64,000 bases of DNA from an uncultured Chryseobacterium sp. (GTDB taxonomy: Bacteria > Bacteroidota > Bacteroidia > Flavobacteriales > Weeksellaceae). The stretch spans positions 7,323-71,322 of the forward strand of contig CBFGVN010000001.1 of the NCBI GenBank assembly GCA_965651845.1, read 5' to 3'. The notes below the pieces were generated by a model, which was given only the letters and a program-made list of their open reading frames with translations, ran no database searches and was not told the DNA's origin. Below, piece by piece: positions 1-9,438 of the stretch. The position numbers and the translations under genes were made by a program. The first letter of the stretch is position 1. Each line of letters opens with the position of its first letter.

Positions 1-339
1 CTTCAGAATTTTTTGAATGTCGTGAAATCTCCTTATACCTCAGAGCTCCAAACAGATAATGATGCGGCTTTCATCACCTGCGAATATCTGATCGCCTATG
101 ATGGAAGAATTATGCTTTCCCACAACAATATTCTTCACTATCATTCTTCGAGGCTGCCTAATAAAATTATCATTATGGCTAATGTTTCGCAGATTGTAAA
201 CAACCTGAACGATGCGATGGGGAAAATAAAGCGCAACGGAAATATAAAGAATCTTACTTCTATCAGCGGAAGCCAATCGAAGCTCGATACCTCTTCCAAT
301 GCCAATACGAAACTATTTTTATTGCTGCTTGAAGATTAA
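1..339 (+). CDS. LUD (LutC/YkgG)-domain protein, C-terminal part; 5' end outside window
   Basis: Frame open from base 1 (LQNFLNVVK...). The segment AAFITCEYLIAYDGRIMLS...LTSISG resembles a LUD domain, and this position before cdsA is usual in Flavobacteriia. Confidence 0.6.
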   Translation, partial: LQNFLNVVKSPYTSELQTDNDAAFITCEYLIAYDGRIMLSHNNILHYHSSRLPNKIIIMANVSQIVNNLNDAMGKIKRNGNIKNLTSISGSQSKLDTSSNANTKLFLLLLED

Positions 340-363
340 GCATCAACTTCTAAACTCAAAATT

Positions 364-1236
364 TTGGACAAAAATCTCATTCAAAGAACTATCTCAGGAA
401 TTGTTTACGTTGCAATTATTATTCTTTGTACAACTCCACTAGGAGCACAACTCATCAACAGCATTTCGCCGGATCTTGTAAAGCAGGAATACCTGTATTA
501 TGGTTTAATTACGCTTTTACTGGGAGTCGGTTCTTGGGAGTGTTTTAAAATAATGAAATTCGGGAATGGCTACGAAAGATGGATTGTACTTCCTCTAATT
601 ATTTTTATTTTTTATATTTTTTCTAAAAGATATTTTCATTTCGATTTCTTTTTCGATTTCAGGATCAGTGAGATTCTGGCAATGCTTTTAATTGTTATCG
701 CTGTAGTCACTTTATTTAAATATCCGAACGAATTGTACTACGACAGCGGAAAACTGATTTTTACGGTCATTTATGTGGCTCTGCCGTTCAGTTTCGCGTT
801 GGGATTGCCTAGGTTTTCAAGATTCGATGACAGATTTTCCCTTGAAGTCCTTTTCCTGTTTATTTTAATCTGGAGCAGTGATACGTTTGCCTATCTTACA
901 GGCAAATTCTTCGGGAAACATAAAATGGCTCCTAAAATTTCCCCTAAAAAAACCTGGGAAGGATATATTGGCGGAGTTGTTTTAACTTTAATTTTATCTT
1001 ATTTCATTGAACAGTATCATCCGGATCTTCGCGGAAACTGGATGGTAGTAGGGTTTTTAGTGGCGGCATTTGCCCCTGTCGGAGATTTGGTAGAAAGCCA
1101 GCTGAAAAGAAATTTCGGTGTAAAAGACAGCGGAAACCTCATTCCGGGGCATGGCGGAGTATTAGATCGGCTGGATAGTTTTTTAATCTGCGTTCCTGTC
1201 GTATATTTGTACTTTATTTTAGAAAAATTTATTTAA
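364..1236 (+). CDS. cdsA: Phosphatidate cytidylyltransferase
   Basis: Polytopic membrane protein with SPKKTWEG and KDSGNLIPGHGGVLDRLDS signatures; TTG start. Confidence 0.95.
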   Translation: MDKNLIQRTISGIVYVAIIILCTTPLGAQLINSISPDLVKQEYLYYGLITLLLGVGSWECFKIMKFGNGYERWIVLPLIIFIFYIFSKRYFHFDFFFDFRISEILAMLLIVIAVVTLFKYPNELYYDSGKLIFTVIYVALPFSFALGLPRFSRFDDRFSLEVLFLFILIWSSDTFAYLTGKFFGKHKMAPKISPKKTWEGYIGGVVLTLILSYFIEQYHPDLRGNWMVVGFLVAAFAPVGDLVESQLKRNFGVKDSGNLIPGHGGVLDRLDSFLICVPVVYLYFILEKFI

Positions 1237-1240
1237 TCTC

Positions 1241-1894
1241 ATGAAATTACACAGAGAATCGAAAGGAACAATTACCGTAGCAACCCTGCTTTTCATTATT
1301 TTGGGTGCCTTGGCTATTTATTTTCTTAAAATATGGTCATTGGTGATCATCTTACCTTTATTGGTAATTTACAGCTTAGTATTCTGGTTCTTCAGGGTTC
1401 CGAATCGTGAAATTTTAGAACACAGAGAGAACGTGGTGGCTCCTGTTGACGGGAAGGTAGTAATGATTAAAGAAGTGGAAGAAGATGAATTCATTAAAGG
1501 AAAAGCCATTCAGGTTTCGATCTTCATGTCTCCATTAAATGTTCATATCTGCAGATATCCGGTTTCAGGAAAAGTAATTTATAAAAAATATCATCCCGGA
1601 AAATATTTGGTTGCATGGCATGAAAAATCTTCTACTGAAAATGAAAGGACAACAGTTGCCGTTGAAAGCTTAACAAATCATAAGGTGGTATTCAGACAAA
1701 TTGCGGGCTACGTGGCCAGAAGAATCGTTTTCTATTGTAATGAAGGCGATGAAGCAAAAGCAGGACATGAATTCGGATTCATTAAATTTGGTTCGAGAAT
1801 GGATGTTTTTCTGCCTTTGGACACGGAAATCATCTGTAAGATCGGAGATATCACAAAAGGTGGTTTGGATGTGATCGCTAGAATGAAGGATTAA
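1241..1894 (+). CDS. psd: Phosphatidylserine decarboxylase proenzyme
   Basis: APVDGKV, IFMSPLNVH and the FGSRMD autocleavage motif; 4 nt after cdsA. Confidence 0.93.
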   Translation: MKLHRESKGTITVATLLFIILGALAIYFLKIWSLVIILPLLVIYSLVFWFFRVPNREILEHRENVVAPVDGKVVMIKEVEEDEFIKGKAIQVSIFMSPLNVHICRYPVSGKVIYKKYHPGKYLVAWHEKSSTENERTTVAVESLTNHKVVFRQIAGYVARRIVFYCNEGDEAKAGHEFGFIKFGSRMDVFLPLDTEIICKIGDITKGGLDVIARMKD

Positions 1895-1914
1895 GATTTA
1901 ATGTAAAAATATTT

Positions 1915-1945
1915 AAGGACTGTTTCAAAAGAAGCGGTCTTTTTT
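1915..1945 (+). terminator. Intrinsic terminator after psd
   Basis: aaggactgtttc-aaaa-gaagcggtcttt stem with G-U pairs, followed by a T tract. Confidence 0.7.
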
Positions 1946-2021
1946 ATTTAAACACAAATTGCATGAATTTTTTTTACGAGTGAACATAAAAAAATATTAA
2001 ATTTTAAAACGTAATATTTCC

Positions 2022-2088
2022 ATCAATAGGAATGGGCTTTAGCCCATTTAACGAAATAAACCATCAATTTGGCTTTAGCCAAAACTTA
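2022..2088. repeat. REP-like double palindrome (GGCTTTAGCC family), copy 1
   Basis: atcaataggaatgggctttagcccatt...aatttggctttagccaaaactta; second copy at 20608-20673. Confidence 0.8.
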
Positions 2089-2133
2089 AAAACCAGTTGC
2101 AATTACCACAGCCTATAACCTAAAATCTGCAAT

Positions 2134-2481
2134 CTACTTAATATACCCTTTCACCTCATGAATCAATCTCAAAATAAAATCCACAGGCAAATCCTCATCC
2201 ATATCAATTAAAAGGATTTTAAACTTCTTTCTGCCTTCCTGAAGCAGTTCTGGATAATCTAGCCTATCACCATGATAAAAGCTTACGTAATGCTTTTTAT
2301 ATTTTTTGCTGTAATAAAAATAACACAGCATTTTCTTTTTATACTTAAAAAAAGGTAATCCAAAACTCAAAGTTTCAGTAATATTTTCTGTATCGGATTC
2401 CAGTATTTTTTTGCGCAAAAAAAGAAGAGTACTTCTATCAGGCTCTTCAATTCTGTAGAAATACTCTTGTATTGGGTTCAT
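2134..2481 (-). CDS. DUF1801/YdhG-like protein
   Basis: 115 aa with ETLSFGLPFFKY..LCYF and VSFYHG patterns typical of the family. Confidence 0.7.
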   Translation of the reverse strand: MNPIQEYFYRIEEPDRSTLLFLRKKILESDTENITETLSFGLPFFKYKKKMLCYFYYSKKYKKHYVSFYHGDRLDYPELLQEGRKKFKILLIDMDEDLPVDFILRLIHEVKGYIK

Positions 2482-2567
2482 TTTTTTAATTTATTTGGGT
2501 GGAAGATAGGCATTTGAAGAAGGAAGATTAATATAACGTCAGCAAACTTCAAGCTTCCTACCTTTAT

Positions 2568-4406
2568 TTAATCAAAATTCTGTAGCTCAACAAGCTTGTG
2601 ATACATCCCTCTTTTTGCGATAAGATCGTGGTGGGTTCCCTGTTCTACAATCACTCCTTTTTCCATCACTACGATCCAGTCTGCTTTCTGAATGGTTGAA
2701 AGTCGGTGGGCAATCACCAATGACGTTCTGTTTTCCATCATCTTTTCCAGCGCATCCTGAACAAATCGTTCCGATTCTGTATCTAAAGCAGAAGTGGCTT
2801 CATCCAGAATCATGATTGGCGGATTTTTCAGCACTGCTCTTGCGATAGAAACCCTTTGTTTCTGACCTCCGGAAAGTTTTCCGCCGTCGTCTCCGATATT
2901 AGAATCATATCCTTCAGGAAGATTGGTAATGAATGAATCTGCATTCGCAATTTTTGCCGCTGCTATGACCTCTTCTCTCGTTGCATCCGGTTTACCCATC
3001 AGAATATTATTGTAAACAGAATCGTTGAACAGTACCGATTCCTGCGTTACCATTCCCAACAGCTGGCGGTATTCTTTTAATTTTAAATTTTTAATATCAA
3101 TACCGTCAATTAAAATTTCACCTTCAGAAACATCATAGAATCTTGCCAAAAGATTAGCAATTGTAGTCTTTCCACTACCGCTTTGTCCGACAAGCGCAAC
3201 AGTTTTTCCTTTCGGAATGATCAATGAAAAGTTTTTAAGGATGGTATGGTCTTTATCATAAAAGAAACCGATATTATTAAATTCAATCTGATTATTAAGG
3301 GTAGAAATTGTGACAGGGTTGGCTGCCTCGTCAATTTTCACATCAGCATCCAGGATATCCAATACTCTCTCAAGAGAAGCTTCTCCCTTCTGAACATTCC
3401 CGATGGAGGTAGATAAACTTTTTGCTGGAGGCAGAATCTGGAAGAACATTCCCAGGAAAACCAGAAAATCTGCCGGAGAAATAGACTGTTCTACAATAAT
3501 TTGTTTTCCGCCGTACCATGCGATAATTAAGAAAGTAATGGATCCTAAAAATTCGCTCATCGGAGACGCCAATTCTTTCTTTCTTCCTAAGCTGATAGAG
3601 CTATTGATCCATCTTTGCATCGACTGCGAGAATCTGTTGCCCATGATTTTTTCAGCATTGAAAATTTTGATCACTTTTGAAGATTTCAATGTTTCATCCA
3701 CGATGGAAAAAATAGTTCCCATTTCATGCTGAGCTTCATGAGAGTTCTTTTTCAGGCTTTTCCCTACCAATGCGATCATTGTTCCCATGACAGGCAGTAC
3801 GAGCAGGGAAAAAAGCGTCATTTCCGGACTTAAAAAGAATAATGTAAGCAATGTACTGATCAACATAAACGGAGCATTGATTAATTCTATCAAACTTCCT
3901 AAAATATTACCTTCCACTTCACCTACGTCATTCGACATACGGGACATTAAGTCACCCTTTCTGCGTTCTGTGAAAAAGGAAACAGGAAGTGAAAGGATTT
4001 TGTTGTACATCGCACTACGAAGATCTTTCGTAACGCCTACACGATAATTAATCAACAGAAAAGATCCTAAATACCGGAATAAATTTCGCAATAAGAACAT
4101 AAAAGCCGTAACAATGCACAGCCAAGCCAAAACTTTAAGGGCACCATGTTCTGTTACCAAATTCTGAACATAATAGTTAGAATATTCCTTCAGGTAATTA
4201 AAAAAATCTGTAATGTCTCCCGAATACTCAGGAGCTTTTTCATATTTTTCAGGCTTTATAGTTCCGAAAAGCATTCCCAAAACCGGTAAAATAGTTCCCA
4301 AAGATGCAATCTGAAATACAGAATACATGATATTGAAAAATAAACTTCCGTAGATATATTTTCGATGAGGTCTTGCGAACTTTAGTATTTTTAAATATTG
4401 ATTCAT
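2568..4406 (-). CDS. ABC exporter, fused permease/ATPase (MsbA-like)
   Basis: N-terminal TM domain; Walker A GQSGSGKT, LSGGQKQR, ILDEATSALD, IAHRLST. Confidence 0.92.
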   Translation of the reverse strand: MNQYLKILKFARPHRKYIYGSLFFNIMYSVFQIASLGTILPVLGMLFGTIKPEKYEKAPEYSGDITDFFNYLKEYSNYYVQNLVTEHGALKVLAWLCIVTAFMFLLRNLFRYLGSFLLINYRVGVTKDLRSAMYNKILSLPVSFFTERRKGDLMSRMSNDVGEVEGNILGSLIELINAPFMLISTLLTLFFLSPEMTLFSLLVLPVMGTMIALVGKSLKKNSHEAQHEMGTIFSIVDETLKSSKVIKIFNAEKIMGNRFSQSMQRWINSSISLGRKKELASPMSEFLGSITFLIIAWYGGKQIIVEQSISPADFLVFLGMFFQILPPAKSLSTSIGNVQKGEASLERVLDILDADVKIDEAANPVTISTLNNQIEFNNIGFFYDKDHTILKNFSLIIPKGKTVALVGQSGSGKTTIANLLARFYDVSEGEILIDGIDIKNLKLKEYRQLLGMVTQESVLFNDSVYNNILMGKPDATREEVIAAAKIANADSFITNLPEGYDSNIGDDGGKLSGGQKQRVSIARAVLKNPPIMILDEATSALDTESERFVQDALEKMMENRTSLVIAHRLSTIQKADWIVVMEKGVIVEQGTHHDLIAKRGMYHKLVELQNFD

Positions 4407-4609
4407 TCAATGAAAAAATTGGATAGCAAAATTACGTAATTTAAATGATAAGACGTTTTAATGGTCTTTTTACTTTCTCTAATATGTTTTACTTCTTCTG
4501 TTTTTGTTACAATTTTTAACAGCTGAGATGCTTTTAATCCGGTTGTAAAGATTCGTAAAAGAAAAAACCACCAAGAAAATGGTGGATTTGCGGTATCATT
4601 AAAATTTTA

Positions 4610-5530
4610 TTAAAATTTCACTTTTTCATTATATTTTGGTGTAAAATTCTTTGGGGTTAGTTTTTCCAAAGTCTTTCCAAAATTATTTGCGATTTGCGTC
4701 AAATTATCAAAATCTACAACATTCACATCATCGCTTTCATTATGATAGTGACTTGCTTTCGTCATATCAACGGTTGAGAAAGAATGGGCGATAATTTTCT
4801 TTTTCACAAAATTCACGTTATCTGATCTGTAGAATAATTGTTCCGAAGCATAAGGATCAGGATTAATTTTTAAACCATTTTCCGCATTCTTATTAAATAA
4901 TTCATCCAAATCAGAAAATTCGTCACCAGTCATGAATAAAGCATTTTTTCCGAATGCAGATTCTGTTGCCACCATTTCAAAATTTAAAAGGGTAGTAAGG
5001 TTATTATAAATTTTATCTAAATTTTTATCCTGAGAAATCGCTTTTGAACCCAGCATTCCTTTTTCCTCCCCGTTAAAAGCCATGAAAACCATAGAGAATT
5101 CCGGTTTTTTGTCTTTAAAATAATCTGAAATTCCTACGAGCATTGTGATTCCGCTTGCATCATCATCAGCTCCGTTATAGATGTTGTCGTTTGCATTATT
5201 GCTTGTTCCGATGTGATCGAAGTGTCCTGAGAAACCCAGAAACTTGTCTGTTTTACCTTTTTTAATTCCACAAACATTGTATGCCGTTTTTCCTTTATAA
5301 TTGAATGGAACCAAATATGAATTTCCGGTACAGTATTCTAAATTGTTTTCTTTAAAAAGTTTTGCAATATAGTTGGCTGCATTTTCGTTTTCCTGCGTCC
5401 CGATTTCACGACCTTTCATTTCATCTGAAGCCAAAGTTGAAAGTACGGTCTGGATTCTTTCTTTTGAAACTTCCTGCGCGAAAGTGAATATTGAAAAGAG
5501 CGAAAAGGTAAGATAGGTTAGTTTTTTCAT
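4610..5530 (-). CDS. Secreted M28 family metallopeptidase
   Basis: Signal peptide from MKKLTYL (ATG at 5530); GHFDHIG, GADDDASG, FNGEEKG, NFEM, RSDN and YH zinc-binding motifs. Confidence 0.9.
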   Translation of the reverse strand: MKKLTYLTFSLFSIFTFAQEVSKERIQTVLSTLASDEMKGREIGTQENENAANYIAKLFKENNLEYCTGNSYLVPFNYKGKTAYNVCGIKKGKTDKFLGFSGHFDHIGTSNNANDNIYNGADDDASGITMLVGISDYFKDKKPEFSMVFMAFNGEEKGMLGSKAISQDKNLDKIYNNLTTLLNFEMVATESAFGKNALFMTGDEFSDLDELFNKNAENGLKINPDPYASEQLFYRSDNVNFVKKKIIAHSFSTVDMTKASHYHNESDDVNVVDFDNLTQIANNFGKTLEKLTPKNFTPKYNEKVKF

Positions 5531-5602
5531 TTTTAAATAAATTATAAACAATCTGTCGCAGTTTAAACGGAAATGTTGCAATTAAATTTTTATTTCTTTT
5601 TT

Positions 5603-5694
5603 CTCCCACAGATTACACGGATTTTCACAGATGATTATGTTATATTTTTATTTATATTAAAAAATATCTTCAAAATCCGTGTAATCTGTGGGAG
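5603..5694. repeat. Perfect 23-bp inverted repeat element (MITE/REP-like)
   Basis: ctcccacagattacacggatttt (5603-5625) and its exact reverse complement (5672-5694) around an AT-rich spacer. Confidence 0.85.
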
Positions 5695-5758
5695 CTTTAA
5701 AACAAAAAAACAGCCTCTTAAAAAAGAAGCTGTTCTCACTCAAAAAATCGTTGTAAGG

Positions 5759-6148
5759 CTATCGAAGTCTGTCTACAGATTTTACGAGCCTCTCATCTTT
5801 CTTGATATAGATGTTTGCAATAAACAAACAGATAATCGCAATTAATGAAAAAATTGGCTCAATACCCTTCTCTGGAATTTGGATTCCTCCGGATAATTTT
5901 AGTAACCAGTAAATCAATACACCAATCAACAAAGCGTTTATAATGATGCTGATATTATTCAGCAAAATTTGTCTTTTTCTGTTTTTAAAACTAAAAACAC
6001 TCAGTAATCCAACCAAAACAAGGACAATACAGCCGATATTTAGCACAGGAAAACTATCAGAAATGATAACATCCTGTCCTGTAACAAACAGAAACACAGC
6101 AGCTAAAACTGCCAAAAAAGTCCATATAGTCTGTATTCTTTGTAGCAT
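5759..6148 (-). CDS. DUF4293 family membrane protein
   Basis: MLQRIQT N-terminus, FKNRKRQ, and C-terminal IKKDERLVKSVDRLR; divergent from rho. Confidence 0.88.
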   Translation of the reverse strand: MLQRIQTIWTFLAVLAAVFLFVTGQDVIISDSFPVLNIGCIVLVLVGLLSVFSFKNRKRQILLNNISIIINALLIGVLIYWLLKLSGGIQIPEKGIEPIFSLIAIICLFIANIYIKKDERLVKSVDRLR

Positions 6149-6205
6149 TGAATATTAAATTCTAGGCAAAAATAACATAAATTTTGCACAATTCAAAAAT
6201 AAGTG

Positions 6206-6213
6206 TAGATTTG
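6206..6213 (+). promoter_or_regulatory. Bacteroidota -7 promoter element for rho
   Basis: TAGATTTG matches TAnnTTTG, about 80 nt upstream of the ATG at 6295. Confidence 0.6.
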
Positions 6214-6294
6214 CATTATACGAATGTACTTGAAAACAAAAGTCACCGGACTTACTTTTCTTATTCACAATTAATTACATTTTTTACATTAAAT

Positions 6295-8121
6295 ATGTTT
6301 AACATTGAAACGTTAAGGTCAAAATCCGTAACGGAACTGACTAAAATCTTAAAAGATTTGGGCGTTAAAGTTGCAAGAAACAGCAATGAAAATGACAAAA
6401 TCTTTGCAATTCTTGACTTTCAGGCTTCAAATCCTAAGGTGGCGAAAGATTACTTCAACGTCACAGAAACCAGTATGAATGGTGAGGAAAAAGAGACAGA
6501 AAAACCTGCAAAGGCTCCTGCTAAAAAACCTGCTCCGAAAAAAACGGCAGCCAAACCGAAAGCGGAAACCAAAACATCTACAAATATAAAACCACAAGCT
6601 GAAGAAAAACCTAGAATAGAGGCTACGGAACAAGTTTCTGAAGAACCTAAACCGGCAGAGGTAAAAGCTGAAACTGCAGAAGAAACATCTGCATCTTCGG
6701 CCAAGAAAAAAAGGAAAAGGGTTTCAGCGACAAATATAGCAAACACAGAGATGTCGCAAGAAAAACCAGAAGTTCCTAAAAACATAGAACCTCAAGAATC
6801 TGTTCCGGCAGAAGAAAAGCCCGCAAACCCTCAACCGCAGCAGGCCAGACCTCAAAAAGGGCAACACAACAATCCGCACAACGCCGGAAACCAACATAGA
6901 AATCAAAATCAAAACCCGAATCAGAACCAAAACCAGAATAAGCAGCAACAGCAGCAACATTCTGAAAGGAATGATGAGCAGCACCATGAAAAGAAGGAAT
7001 TCAACTTCGACGGAATGGTAAGCATTGAGGGAGTTTTGGAGATTTTACCTGATAATTACGGATTTTTACGTTCATCGGATTTCAGCTATATTTCGTCACC
7101 GGATGATGTGTATGTTTCGACGGCTCAAATCAGAAATTTTGGACTGAAAACCGGAGATACGGTTAAAGGTATTGTAAGATTACCGAAAGAAGGCGAAAAA
7201 TATTTTTCTTTATTAAGACCCACTGAAGTTAATGGACGTGATCTTGCTTTCATTAAAGACCGTGTTGCTTTCGAATATTTAACACCACTTTTCCCGGAAG
7301 AAAAATTCAACTTAGCTGGAAAAGGCTCTACCATTTCTACAAGGGTTGTGGATTTATTCGCACCGATTGGGAAAGGACAAAGAGCAATGATTGTTGCCCA
7401 GCCTAAAACGGGTAAAACAATGTTGCTGAAAGATATTGCCAATTCTATTGCAGCCAATCACCCTGAAGTATACATGATGGTTCTTCTGATCGACGAACGT
7501 CCGGAAGAGGTTACTGATATGGAAAGAAGTGTAAATGCGGAAGTGATCGCATCTACCTTCGATGAAGCGGCAGAAAAGCACGTAAAAGTTGCCAACCTTG
7601 TTTTAGCAAAAGCTCAGAGAATGGTGGAATGCGGACATGATGTTGTTATTTTATTAGATTCAATCACAAGATTAGCAAGAGCGTACAATACCGTAACTCC
7701 TGCATCCGGAAAAGTGCTTTCCGGTGGTGTTGATGCTAATGCGCTTCACAGGCCGAAAAGATTCTTCGGTGCAGCGAGAAAAATTGAAGGAGGAGGTTCT
7801 TTAACGATTATTGCAACAGCTCTTATCGACACAGGCTCTAAAATGGACGAGGTGATCTTTGAAGAATTCAAAGGAACGGGTAACATGGAACTTCAATTAG
7901 ACAGAAAAATTGCCAACAGAAGAATTTATCCTGCCATTGATCTGGTAGCTTCGAGTACTCGTAGAGACGATTTACTTCTTGATGAGGTTACTTCTCAGAG
8001 AATGTGGATTTTAAGAAAGTATCTTTCTGAAATGAATCCTATAGAAGCTATGGAATTTGTCGACAAAAACATCAAAGGAACCCTGAACAACGAGGAATTC
8101 CTGATGTCTATGAATAAATAG
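6295..8121 (+). CDS. rho: Transcription termination factor Rho with long N-terminal low-complexity insert
   Basis: [68 protein letters not shown]. Start set at MFNIETL. Confidence 0.97.
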   Translation: MFNIETLRSKSVTELTKILKDLGVKVARNSNENDKIFAILDFQASNPKVAKDYFNVTETSMNGEEKETEKPAKAPAKKPAPKKTAAKPKAETKTSTNIKPQAEEKPRIEATEQVSEEPKPAEVKAETAEETSASSAKKKRKRVSATNIANTEMSQEKPEVPKNIEPQESVPAEEKPANPQPQQARPQKGQHNNPHNAGNQHRNQNQNPNQNQNQNKQQQQQHSERNDEQHHEKKEFNFDGMVSIEGVLEILPDNYGFLRSSDFSYISSPDDVYVSTAQIRNFGLKTGDTVKGIVRLPKEGEKYFSLLRPTEVNGRDLAFIKDRVAFEYLTPLFPEEKFNLAGKGSTISTRVVDLFAPIGKGQRAMIVAQPKTGKTMLLKDIANSIAANHPEVYMMVLLIDERPEEVTDMERSVNAEVIASTFDEAAEKHVKVANLVLAKAQRMVECGHDVVILLDSITRLARAYNTVTPASGKVLSGGVDANALHRPKRFFGAARKIEGGGSLTIIATALIDTGSKMDEVIFEEFKGTGNMELQLDRKIANRRIYPAIDLVASSTRRDDLLLDEVTSQRMWILRKYLSEMNPIEAMEFVDKNIKGTLNNEEFLMSMNK

Positions 8122-8145
8122 AATAACTTAATTTGTTTATTATAC

Positions 8146-8182
8146 AACCCTTTCAGAGTTTCAAACTCTGAAAGGGTTTTTT
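8146..8182 (+). terminator. Long perfect hairpin / terminator after rho
   Basis: aaccctttcagagttt-c-aaactctgaaagggtt followed by a T tract. Confidence 0.8.
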
Positions 8183-8320
8183 ATTAGAAGATAAAAGCAA
8201 GAAGTCAAAGTAATATCAAATCAAACCATCAATGTTAAAGATTTATTAAAGTAATCCCCATTTTTTGAAGATAGGTTTATTTATGGCTAAATTTGAATAA
8301 TAACATTAAAAATAATAATT

Positions 8321-8917
8321 ATGTCATTTGAATTACCAAAATTAGGATATGCTTACGATGCACTAGAGCCAACGATTGATGCAAGAACTATGGAGATTCA
8401 CCATACAAAGCATCACCAAGCATATATTGACAATTTAAATAATGCCATTAAAGGAACTGATCTGGAAGGTAAAACTATCGAAGAAATCTGCCAGACAGGA
8501 ACAGATAAACCAGCGGTAAGAAACAATGGTGGAGGACATTTCAACCATACTTTATTCTGGGAAATTTTAACGCCGGGCGGAAGCAAAGAGCCTGTAGGAA
8601 ACGTAAAAGCTGCTATTGAAAACTATGGAGGATTTGATAAGTTCAAAACAGATTTTTCAGATGCTGCTAAAACAAGATTTGGCTCAGGTTGGGCATGGTT
8701 GGTAAAAAATGCTGACGGTTCAGTTGCTGTAACCTCTACCCCAAATCAGGACAATCCATTAATGCCTGTTGCAGATGTAAAAGGAACTCCGGTTTTAGGA
8801 CTTGACGTTTGGGAGCACGCTTATTACTTGAACTACCAAAACAGAAGACCAGACTATGTTGCTGCGTTTTTCAGCGTAGTAAACTGGGATAAAGTTGAGG
8901 AATTATTCAACAAATAA
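8321..8917 (+). CDS. sodA: Superoxide dismutase, Mn-type signature
   Basis: [28 protein letters not shown]. The GGG and QD residues point to a Mn or cambialistic enzyme. Confidence 0.9.
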   Translation: MSFELPKLGYAYDALEPTIDARTMEIHHTKHHQAYIDNLNNAIKGTDLEGKTIEEICQTGTDKPAVRNNGGGHFNHTLFWEILTPGGSKEPVGNVKAAIENYGGFDKFKTDFSDAAKTRFGSGWAWLVKNADGSVAVTSTPNQDNPLMPVADVKGTPVLGLDVWEHAYYLNYQNRRPDYVAAFFSVVNWDKVEELFNK

Positions 8918-8937
8918 TTTTTAACTATTATAAAATG

Positions 8938-8970
8938 AAAAGGTTCAGAAAATATTTCTGAACCTTTTTT
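8938..8970. terminator. Bidirectional terminator between sodA and the convergent gene
   Basis: aaaaggttcagaaa-ata-tttctgaacctttt. Confidence 0.8.
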
Positions 8971-9391
8971 AATATCTTGTGGTATCACTTCCGGAAAGCC
9001 CGTTCATTCTCAAGCCATATTTCCAGTTCACATATGCGAAAACCTGGTACAATTTATATTCAAATTTTATCCCGTAATTTTCTTTAGGATCATAATCAAT
9101 AGAAGATTCTATAATATTTCTGTATCTGCCGGAAAAATAATAAGAATTCCATTCACTTACCAAAAGGGTATTTTTGGTTTTCAGATAAGATTCAGAATAT
9201 TGGCTGATTGGTTTTGCAACGGCATTCAGGAAATAATCAAACTGAGTATCGATTACCGTAAGATCCCATTCTCCGTCTTCATTTTTTGAAGGCTTCATCT
9301 CAGATTTCTCTTTGTCATTTTTAGGATCAGTTTGCGCTGAACAATTGAAAGATAAAAGAGAAACAATTAATATTAAAATTAAGTTTTTCAT
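8969..9391 (-). CDS. DUF6146-like exported protein, probable lipoprotein
   Basis: Signal ending LSFNC; IDTQFDYFL, EWNS, IDYDPKENYGIKFEYKLYQVF. Confidence 0.7.
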   Translation of the reverse strand: MKNLILILIVSLLSFNCSAQTDPKNDKEKSEMKPSKNEDGEWDLTVIDTQFDYFLNAVAKPISQYSESYLKTKNTLLVSEWNSYYFSGRYRNIIESSIDYDPKENYGIKFEYKLYQVFAYVNWKYGLRMNGLSGSDTTRY

Positions 9392-9438
9392 ATTCATGAA
9401 TTTACATAAAAAAAGCACTCAAAAAGAGTGCCTAAAAT

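Noticed and set aside
5573-5845. 90-aa ORF (PQITRIFTD...IRVICG)
   Set aside because: Translation of the 23-bp inverted repeat element plus antisense overlap with the DUF4293 gene.
6184-6294. N-terminal extension of Rho from a TTG at 6184 (similar extensions for M28, xrtF, mfd, pth and gene B)
   Set aside because: The extensions overlap promoter elements or spacer sequence. The downstream ATGs give canonical N-termini or signal peptides.
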